Part shown: positions 1-6,989 of the stretch, piece after piece | How positions within the stretch are numbered: the first letter of the stretch is position 1 | Layout of the letters: the number at the start of each line of letters is the position of its first letter | Assembly: GCF_006345805.1 (NCBI RefSeq) | Contig: NW_021829013.1 | Location: 1 to 7,086 of the forward strand | DNA length: 7,086 bases | Direction of reading: 5' to 3' | Source: Octopus sinensis | Taxonomy: Eukaryota | The notes under the pieces: model-generated | The model's database searches: none | Told to the model about the DNA's origin: nothing | Seen by the model: the letters and a program-made list of their open reading frames with translations, nothing else | Made by a program: the position numbers and the translations under genes

Positions 1-130
1 ACATATATATATATACAGATATACATATATATACATATATATATATATACATATATATATCTATGTACATATATATATATATCCATATATATATATATAT
101 AGATATATATATATATATATAATATATATA
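1..130. repeat. (TA)n-rich interrupted microsatellite
   Basis: TA dinucleotide runs with occasional C/G interruptions; runs off the window start. Confidence 0.95.
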
Positions 131-302
131 TTCGGAGACTACGACAAAAGAACTACAAGCTAGACCTTTCTTTAATAAACATAAAAATTTCGTTTCGCTC
201 CAGAAAGTAAATAAATTGGGTACATCAGACGGGTGTTTGTTTTCTATCTCTGTGTACCGAAATAGGTGATGGTTCAACCTCACTAATGTCTGCTCTTGTC
301 AG

Positions 303-340
303 ATCGTTCAAAGAAAGGGTTGACGTCTGTCAACAGAGAG
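303..340 (+). other. Weak candidate 38-nt internal exon
   Basis: Branch-like CACTAAT (281-287), pyrimidine-rich GTCTGCTCTTGTC, AG at 301-302, donor-like GTTAGT at 341-346. Two of three frames are open. Peptide not recognised. Confidence 0.15.
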
Positions 341-677
341 GTTAGTAAATCATACCTATTCTTAACATATATGTTTATCATAAATATCTATTTGTATCAC
401 ATGATAATTCAGGATACTTCCCAGTTGTCTATTATGTACATATGTTTGTGCGTGAACGCGTCTATGCAGGTATTTGTATACAGTTCTGAAGATATATGTA
501 TGTATATATATGTATGCTTATATGAAATATACAAAATTTAATGCCGGAACTCTAATTCGGTAACGTTACGACTAACAGCGTTGTAGAATTTTGAATAAAA
601 CCCCCACTTTGTATGGAAAGAAGTGCAAGACGACCCGTGGAGGCCTTATGTGTGGAAATATGTGGGAATATTTACGT

Positions 678-788
678 ACACACACACAAACAGACAGACA
701 GACAGACACACACATATATATATATATTTTTATATATATATATATACATATATATTATATATATATTATATATACATATACATATATA
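678..788. repeat. Compound (CA)n(CAGA)n(TA)n microsatellite
   Basis: ACACACACACAAACAGACAGACAGACAGACACACAC followed by an interrupted TA run. Confidence 0.95.
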
Positions 789-948
789 AATGCATCCATC
801 TATACTCGCATTCTGAAGTTATTTACTGACGCCAGTAAATCGAATCGATCGTAAATGCTACCCTCACCTCTGCTTCTTCCTTCTTTGTTACCTATTTAAG
901 ATATAGCAGCGAAAACCATGAATTTCCCATTGTTATTATATCCACTTT

Positions 949-950
<2 letters not shown>

Positions 951-990
<40 letters not shown>
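951..990. repeat. Perfect (TA)20 microsatellite
   Basis: 40 uninterrupted nt of TA. Confidence 0.98.
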
Positions 991-993
<3 letters not shown>

Positions 994-1165
994 GCTCTGG
1001 CCAAAAAGCTGAACATTGGCAGCAGAAGTGCACTTAGTATCAGGGAGTGGATGCTGCCCGCCCTCTTAGAGTTTAAGTGCCGAAACACTTGCCTCGGTGG
1101 AATTGCTTCTCTGAAAATCTGCTGTTCAGCTTTCTTGAAAGTTTCGTACCACTGTGTGTATAGAG

Positions 1166-1166
<1 letters not shown>

Positions 1167-1237
<71 letters not shown>

Positions 1238-1259
1238 GTGTGTGTGTGTGTATGTGTGT
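1167..1259. repeat. (TG)n microsatellite, ~46 units
   Basis: TG run with three single-base interruptions. Confidence 0.97.
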
Positions 1260-1906
1260 TTGACAAATTTCTCCCTTGCTACCTTTACACCCATATATAC
1301 CGTAGCTAATTTCAGAAGGTCTACTTTATAATATGACGAGATGAAAATTATGAAAATTTTGTGCGTATGTGTGAGAGAAAAAGAGTGCCGAAAAAGGAAG
1401 AAAGAAACAAAAAACAAATGGAGAGTGAATGGCATATTGAATAGTAAAAAAGACACTCTACTCGGACATGAAACACCATAGGTTTTTGTTATATCAAGAA
1501 CATTATTCCACAATTACGTATAATGCAACGAAAAGACATTTCACACTACAGAAAAGACTTACGTACGTTCACTCAAGAGGCGAGTAACAGCACCCACGTT
1601 TTTCCTTCATACATATTACATAAATTTTCGCTGATCATGGTCCTTCGACTCTATACTCTCGTGTAGTGTGTAACAAGTTATTAGATTAGCCTTTCTGTAA
1701 CCGATCGGCAAGGTAATAAAGTGGATTTTATAACAAATGGATAATAAATGGATGTAATAACAATGGGAAACTCGTGGTTTACGCTGATATGTCTTTAATT
1801 AAATAGGTAATAAAGAAGGAAGAAGCAGAGATAAGGGTGGCATCTACGATCGTTTCGATTCACTGGAGTAAGTAGATCTCATCAAAATGAGAGTCTAGAT
1901 AGATGC

Positions 1907-1953
1907 ATATATATATGTATATATATGTGTGTTTGTGTGTGTATGTGTGTGTA
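1907..1953. repeat. (TA)n(TG)n compound microsatellite
   Basis: ATATATATATGTATATATATGTGTGTTTGTGTGTGTATGTGTGTGTA. Confidence 0.9.
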
Positions 1954-2127
1954 AATATTTTTTGCATCAGTCCTGATATGTATCGTTATTTTAGTCTTTC
2001 CTTTTGACACCAAATTTTCAAGTCTTTATTTTCTCATCGAATTTCGAAAAAAGTTGTTTGTTCCTTATCCTTATCTTCAGGTATATTCTGGTTATTACTG
2101 CTGGTTGACCGACTTCAAAGTTTGTTA

Positions 2128-2141
2128 TGTTCTCTGTATAT
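2128..2141. repeat. Left target-site duplication of SINE monomer
   Basis: TGTTCTCTGTATAT, identical to 2381-2394. Confidence 0.92.
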
Positions 2142-2380
2142 TATATTTCTTTACTACCCACTAGGGGCTAAACATAGAGGGGACAAACAAGGACAGACAA
2201 AGGGATTACGTCGATTACATCGATACCCCAGTGCGAAACTGGTACTTAATTTATCGACTCCGAAAGGATGAAAGGCAAAGTCGACTTCGGCGGAATTTGA
2301 ACTCAGAACGTAACGACAGACGAAATACCGCTAAGCGTTTCGCCCGGCGTGCTAACGATTCTGCCAGCTCGCCGCCTTCG
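2142..2380 (-). mobile_element. tRNA-derived SINE, family A, full-length monomer
   Basis: Minus strand starts AAGGCGGCGAGCTGGCAGAATCG (A-box-like), has GAGTTCAAATTCC (B-box-like), a central GTCGAC..GCCTTTCATCCTTTCGG..GTCGATAAATTAAGTACCAG block and tail GTGGGTAGTAAAGAAATA. Flanked by a perfect 14-bp TSD; homologous copies elsewhere in the window. Confidence 0.93.
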
Positions 2381-2394
2381 TGTTCTCTGTATAT
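2381..2394. repeat. Right target-site duplication of SINE monomer
   Basis: TGTTCTCTGTATAT, identical to 2128-2141. Confidence 0.92.
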
Positions 2395-2568
2395 CAAAAC
2401 ACATTTGTGGCATAAAAAATGCTTTTCACATACCTCTTGATGTCGCAGGTTACAATGCTATATCTTAACAAAAAAGAAACGAATGCATTTAACTTCTCTT
2501 GAATAACGGAAACTCACACTCAGTAATATAGATTTGATTTCTACTACGTTGTAAGATGCGATATTTAG

Positions 2569-2686
2569 AGCAGAAACAACATTGGTCATAAATCTACTCG
2601 GCAAAACCTTACCAGGAAATAAACACCAACAAACTTATTATAAAATTCACCAACTCATTAGAACATTCGATGTAATGCCTTATGGA
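2569..2686 (+). other. Candidate internal coding exon (unverified)
   Basis: Non-repetitive sequence. Acceptor options TTTAG (2564-2568) or GCAG (to 2573). Open frame AETTLVINLLGKTLPGNKHQQTYYKIHQLIRTFDVMPYG ends at a codon boundary followed by consensus donor GTGAGT (2687-2692). Weak pyrimidine tract; peptide not recognised. Confidence 0.25.
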
Positions 2687-2950
2687 GTGAGTACAGCTTT
2701 TTAGTCCAGATCCAACATTTCACATCTGCGTTTCGTCCTTTTGTGGTTAATATATTAATTACCCAGCCAATACAGGGTCCAATACACCTTTCTTTTATCC
2801 CTTCTTTCTTCATTTTCTCTCATTCTTCCTCAATTTCGTAATAATTGTTTCGGTCTGCATAACTTGGCTACCTTCAAAATTTGCAAAGGTGGGCTTCCAT
2901 AATGAAAGGCCCTCTGCATGCATGTCCTTCCATATTGTGCTAGACTGTGA

Positions 2951-3385
2951 TATTTATTTCCGATTTCTTATTTCTTTACTGCCCATAAGTGGCTACACAC
3001 AGAGGGGACAAACAAGGACAGACAAACGGATTAAGTCGATTACATCGACCTCAGTGTGCAACTGGTACTTAATTTATCGATCCCGAAAGGATGAAAGCCA
3101 AAGTCGACTTCGGTTGAATTTGAACTCAGAACGCAACGGGAGACGAAATATCTATTTCTTTACTACCCACAAGGGGCAAAACACAGAGAGGACAAACAAG
3201 GACAGACAAAGGGACTAAGTCGATTACATCGACCCCAGTGCGTAAATGGTACTTAATTTATCGACACCGAAAGGATGAAAGGCATAGTCGACCTCAGTGG
3301 AATTTGAACGCAGAACGTAACGACAGACGGAATACCGCTAAGCATTTCGCCCGGCGTGCTAACGTTTCTGCCAGCTCACCGCCTT
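2951..3385 (-). mobile_element. Family A SINE dimer (headed unit plus 184-bp A-box-less unit, degenerate GAAATA-like tail)
   Basis: Unit 3153-3385 aligns end to end with 2142-2378. Unit 2969-3152 repeats the body from the TATTTCGTC motif onward. 2951-2968 reads GAAATCGGAAATAAATA on the minus strand. Confidence 0.92.
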
Positions 3386-3407
3386 GGTTCTGTCATATCT
3401 TTACCTC

Positions 3408-3673
3408 AACCACAACACCGACAACAAGAACAAGAACAAGGACGACAGCAACAAAAACAATGATTCTTCCAACTATAGGCAGAACTCCTGATATAGAAAA
3501 GCTAGTCGATTACAGCAACCCCTATTTTTAACTGGTATGTACTTTATCGTTCTCGAACGGGATGAGGGCAAAGTCTATCTCGGCAAAATTTGAACTCAGA
3601 TCGTAAAGACGGGCCAAATGTCGCTAAACATTTTGTCCAGCGTGCTATAACGATTCTGCTTGCTCGCTGCCTT
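3408..3673 (-). mobile_element. Older, diverged family-A-related SINE with (TTG)n-like tail
   Basis: Recognisable AAGGCAGCGAGC head, CTGAGTTCAAATTTT B box, TAATCGAC motif and CCTATAGTTGGAAGAATCATT tail on the minus strand. AAC/AAG-rich simple repeat at 3408-3462 sits at its 3' end. Confidence 0.8.
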
Positions 3674-3863
3674 AAAACCAACAATAATAGTTTCATATTT
3701 TGACAAAAGGCCAGAAATTTCCATTTAGGGGCTAAATCAATTTCATTGACCCCAGAGTTCGATTGGTACTTATTTTATCGGTCCCGAACGGATGAACAAC
3801 AAAGTCGACCGGCAAAGAACCGCTAAGCTTTTTGTCCAACGTGTGAAGGATTCACGCCCCCTT
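3674..3863 (-). mobile_element. Older diverged SINE copy with internal deletion removing the B box
   Basis: TGGTACTTATTTTATCGGTCCCGAACGGATGAACAACAAAGTCGAC runs directly into CGGCAAAGAACCGCTAAGC, lacking the GGAATTTGAACTCAGAACG segment seen in other copies; ends CCCTT like the other heads. Confidence 0.75.
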
Positions 3864-3897
3864 AAAAACAATAATGATAAACCTTTCTCTTATTGGC
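3864..3897 (-). mobile_element. Stub of a further SINE 3' tail
   Basis: AAAAACAATAATGATAAACCTTTCTCTTATTGGC resembles the tails at 3451-3480 and 3674-3700; no body follows. Confidence 0.4.
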
Positions 3898-4151
3898 TAT
3901 ATGGCCCCTAGACATTGAGGGCATTATCAAACGACTAATTTACACATACTCCTCAACAGTCCCTGTGCTACCATTCATCGATCAAAACAATACACTATAA
4001 ATATATAGTTATGACAATAGGATATTAAACTAGAAATGAGAAAATTAATTAATAAATAGAATAATCAGTAATAGGGGGCGAGCCATTTAGGTTAATTCAG
4101 ACAAAACTCAGTCAAGAAATCCTTGGTTATTCTTCTGATTACAAGGCAATA

Positions 4152-4374
4152 TACTCTTTTACTCTCTTTTACTCTTTTACTTATTGCAGTCATTTGACTG
4201 CGGCCAAGCTGGAGCACCGCCTTTTGTCGAGCAAATCGACCCCAGAACTTATTCTTTGTATGCCTAGCACTTGTGCTATCGGTCTCCTTTACCGAACCGC
4301 TAAGTTACGGGGACGTAAACACACCAGCATCAGTTGTCAAGCGATGTTGGGGGACAAACACAGACTCACAAACT

Positions 4375-4442
<68 letters not shown>

Positions 4443-4591
4443 TATATACGATGAGCCTCTTTCAGTTTCCGTCTACCAAATCCACTCACAAGGCTTTTAT
4501 CGGCCCGAGGCTAGAGTAGAAGACACTTGCCCAAGGTGCCACGCAATGGGACTGAACCCAGAACCATGTGGTTGGTAAGCAAGATGTACCA
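4152..4591 (-). mobile_element. tRNA-derived SINE, family B (CORE-like block, internal microsatellite, LINE-like tail)
   Basis: Minus strand: B-box-like GGGTTCAGTCCC (4548-4559) and ACCTTGGGCAAGT (4525-4537), which matches the MIR/CORE motif as I recall it. Also internal CA/TA repeat, terminal hairpin 4187-4200 and (GTAAAAGA)n tail 4152-4180. The A box is degenerate, so the 5' boundary is uncertain. Confidence 0.85.
4379..4438. repeat. Perfect (CA)15(TA)15 inside SINE B
   Basis: Counted directly; SINE sequence on both sides. Confidence 0.97.
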
Positions 4592-4720
4592 TCTTCCAGT
4601 TTCTTTCCTTCTACTTTGAAAAGCACACTCAGTCTGGGTCCTTCCAAACTCACTGGACTTGCCACTCTCATCGACTTCATTTTCAACTAAAAGGCTGTAT
4701 TTCCCACCCAACAATTTCCT

Positions 4721-4853
4721 TGAAGAAGACGAAGCTGAAGTAGGAGGAGGGGAGAAGTAGAAGGAGGAGAAAGAAGAGAGAGAGAAGGAAAAGAACTACA
4801 GCAACAACAACAACGGACATGACAACAATAACAGCTACAACAATACAAAGACA
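4721..4853. repeat. Purine-rich (GAA/GGA/GA) tract followed by degenerate (AAC)n
   Basis: 4721-4793 almost all purine on the + strand; 4794-4853 CAA/ACA repeats. Confidence 0.85.
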
Positions 4854-4921
4854 ATTCTTCCTTTCTTCGGTTGCGGAATTGGAAACAGTTTTAAGGTTTT
4901 GGACCTGTATAACCCTTGTCA

Positions 4922-5240
4922 AGAAAAAAACGAAAAATAAATAAATGAGTAAAAATAAAACTCACTCTCCACAAAAAACTGTATTTTTTGTTCTTTTGCT
5001 TTGCTTTATTTTAAAATTTATTATTTTTTATTTATTTCTTGTTGTTACTACTATCCACTGACGACTGTAAAATCAATAAGAAAAAACACATCGATTAAAA
5101 TTAATATTGGGAAATAAATCAGTTTCGCTTCTATGATTACAGTCTGTAGTGTTTGAATATCATTTTTCACTGGTGTTTTTTTTTTGTTGTTTGTTTGATT
5201 GTTTTTTTTGTTTCATCTTTTTTTTTGTTTTTAATTTTTT
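4922..5240. repeat. A/T-tract low-complexity region
   Basis: A-tracts at 4922-4980 and T/TTTG-tracts at 4984-5040 and 5176-5240. Confidence 0.7.
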
Positions 5241-5325
5241 CTCAACGGTCTTGGTCGCCTTCACTGTAATAATGTGTTGTGTAATGATTTAGAAGACGTG
5301 TAAATCTGTGTATAGCTGTCTAAAA

Positions 5326-5381
5326 TGTGTGTGTTAGTGTGTGTGTGTGTGTGTGTGTATGTGTGTGTGTGTGTGTTTGTG
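5326..5381. repeat. (TG)n microsatellite
   Basis: Interrupted TG run. Confidence 0.93.
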
Positions 5382-5401
5382 AATATCTGTGTATGGCTGC
5401 G

Positions 5402-5541
5402 TATGACTATGCATTGCTCTGCTTAGCTCTGTATTGCGGTGTGTATACATATACACACATATATATATTTATATATATATGTCTGTGTGTATATGTATAC
5501 ACACTGCAATACAGAGCTAAGCAGAGCAATGCATAGTCATA
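5402..5541. repeat. Long inverted repeat, 58-bp arms, 57/58 complementary
   Basis: Arms 5402-5459 and 5484-5541; the only mismatch is G5438/T5505; 24-nt TA-rich spacer. Confidence 0.96.
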
Positions 5542-5608
5542 TATATATATATATATATATATATTGTATGTATATATTTATATATATATATATATATGTG
5601 TGTGTGTA
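5539..5608. repeat. (TA)n/(TG)n microsatellite
   Basis: TA runs followed by TG. Confidence 0.92.
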
Positions 5609-5909
5609 TAAATGTGTGCGCACGGTGTTTTGATGAATATGGCTGGGTATCTCTGTAAAGAGCTGTGTCTGGAAGTGTGTAGCTGTGTTAAGTATGGGTG
5701 CATCTGTGTGTAGAAGTGTATGACTACGTATGACTATGTATAGTTGTGTGTAGAAGAATGTTAGCACGGAGTGTTGAGGAGTATGGCTGTGTATACGTGT
5801 GTACAATTAGTCTAGCTGCGTATAGCTGCATATATATATATAGCTCTGTATTGCTGTGTAAAGTGTGTACATTTGCGTGTAGATATGTATGAGTGTGTAT
5901 GGCTTTGTT

Positions 5910-6363
5910 AAGGCGGCGAGCTGGCAGAAACGTTTGCACGCCGGGCGAATTGCGTAGCCGTATTTCGTCTGCCGCTACGTTCTAAGTTCAAATTCCGCCG
6001 AGGTCGACTTTGCCTTTCATCCATTCGGGGTCGATTAAATGACTACCAGTTACGCACTGGGTTCGATATAATTGACTTAATTCGTTTGTTTGTCCCTTCT
6101 GCATTTAGCCCCTTGTGGGTAGTAAAGAGATGGGTATTTCGTCTCCCATTACTTTCTGAGTTCAAATTCCGCCGAGGTCGACTTTGCCTTTCATCCTTTC
6201 GGGGTCGATTAAATGAGTACCAGTTACGCACTGGGGTCGATGTAATTGACTTAATCCGTTTGTCTATCCTTGTTTATCCCTTCTTTATTTAACCCCTTGT
6301 GGATAGTAAAGAGATAGGTATTTCGTCTCCCGTTACGTTCTGAGTTCAAATTCCGCCGAGGTC
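5910..6363 (+). mobile_element. Family A SINE trimer (head plus units of 174 bp, 184 bp and a truncated 46 bp)
   Basis: Head AAGGCGGCGAGCTGGCAGAAACG at 5910. GTATTTCGTCT recurs at 5960, 6134 and 6318. The third unit stops at GAGGTC (6363). Confidence 0.93.
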
Positions 6364-6645
6364 TGTAACCAGGAAACTACCTGCAACCATTTCCGTGCGA
6401 TCGTAAAATCAAAAATGCTGGAGAAATAGGTAACACACGATCTGAATGAAAATCAGAAACGCATCTTCTCCTTAATCAGACCGATCCATTTCATGACCAT
6501 ACTGTAACTTGCTATGAAAAGTGGATTATGTACAATAATAACAAACGTTCTTCATATTGGTTGGACCAAAATGGGGAACTGAAAACCTTCAAAAAAAATG
6601 TTATGGTGATAATTTGGTGATTTACTTCTGGACTCCTCCACTATA
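6364..6645 (+). pseudogene. Decayed mariner (Hsmar1/cecropia-like) DD34D transposase fragment
   Basis: From 6385: NHFRAIVKSKMLEK*VTHDLNENQKR (cf. KKLDKWVPHEL). After a frameshift, from 6483: DPFHDHTVTCYEKWIMYNNNKRSSYWLDQ..KKNVMVIIW*FTSGLLHY (cf. PFLDRIVTCDEKWILYDN..WLD..KKVMVTVWWSAAGLIHY). Two stops, first catalytic Asp changed to Tyr, internal deletions. Confidence 0.9.
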
Positions 6646-6989
6646 TATTATTTTATTATATCTAGTTTCAGCTCACGAGCTGTGGTCATGCTGAGGCACC
6701 GCCATTTGGTGTTGCTACATGATTTTTCTTCACGAATGCTTTTTAGCAATTGCCATTTGGTGCATGAGAGAGTTCGATGCAACTGCCTTCTTCTGCACCT
6801 CCTGCCGTGAAGTTGCATCCACCCCATGCAGGTCTCTCGGGTTCTTCGGGAGGATATTGAAGAGGTGTGGGCCTCTGAAGCCGAGGCTATCACAGTATCT
6901 TTTCCTACATCTTGATGGCAAATTTGGAGTCTTTGTCACTATGCAGTGGCGCCCATACAGTTCTATATTTAAGAGATGAGGAATTCTGT
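6646..6989 (-). mobile_element. 5'-truncated non-LTR retrotransposon (LINE) 3' end, CR1/L2-group-like, clade unassigned
   Basis: Minus frame GRHCIVTKTPNLPSRCRKRYCDSLGFRGPHLFNILPKNPRDLHGVD..SNSL resembles the C-terminus after the RT of invertebrate CR1-like ORF2. Stop TGA at 6730-6732, short 3' UTR with terminal hairpin (6669-6682), TAA-rich tail (6646-6661). Block 6646-7071 is flanked by CCACTATA twice. Confidence 0.8.

Larger units (their letters stand above)
5386..5904. repeat. Degenerate ~10-bp minisatellite (GTGTATRGCT-like), interrupted by an inverted copy and TA/TG runs
   Basis: Units such as GTGTATGGCT, GCGTATGACT, ATGCATTGCT, CTGCTTAGCT, GCGTATAGCT, CTGTATTGCT at 5390-5437 and 5637-5904. 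Confidence 0.7.

Noticed and set aside
1030-1100. Possible hammerhead ribozyme near CCGAAACAC
   Set aside because: No CTGATGA core on either strand in a suitable position.
591-1513. ORFs with YI/HT/CV dipeptide runs (also 4194-4578 and 5327-5939)
   Set aside because: Translations of TA, CA and TG microsatellites, which lack stops in some frames.
1711-1815. AGGTAATAAAG direct repeat and TAATAAATGGAT-like units; also small hairpins at 319-334 and 1878-1893
   Set aside because: Short and AT-rich; expected by chance or local slippage.
2061-2468. Strong acceptor-like CCTTATCTTCAG/G at 2080 and a 44-codon frame across the empty SINE site
   Set aside because: No convincing donor, unrecognised peptide, and the frame is interrupted by the SINE.
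2969-3385. CpG>TpG/CpA changes as evidence of gene-body methylation
   Set aside because: Only a few events among many intact CpGs; too few without a real consensus.
2945-3398. Possible TSD of the SINE dimer, CTGTGATAT versus CTGTCATAT
   Set aside because: Only 8/9, AT-rich and offset 4 nt from the head; not distinguishable from chance.
2231-3531. Similar RNWYLIYR..KDERQSR ORFs that look like a paralogous peptide family (also 6043-6292)
   Set aside because: All are antisense or sense readings of family A SINE copies; similarity comes from the DNA repeat.
4683-4922. Hydrophobic membrane-protein-like ORF on the minus strand
   Set aside because: The V/L/F run is the complement of the AAC and GAA low-complexity tracts.
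4922-5040. A-tract/T-tract apparent inverted repeat
   Set aside because: Low-complexity complementarity only.
5910-6363. Regularly recurring motifs suggesting a CRISPR array or tRNA genes
   Set aside because: Whole units repeat with no unique spacers, the context is eukaryotic, and the heads have A/B-box-like motifs without a cloverleaf I could build.
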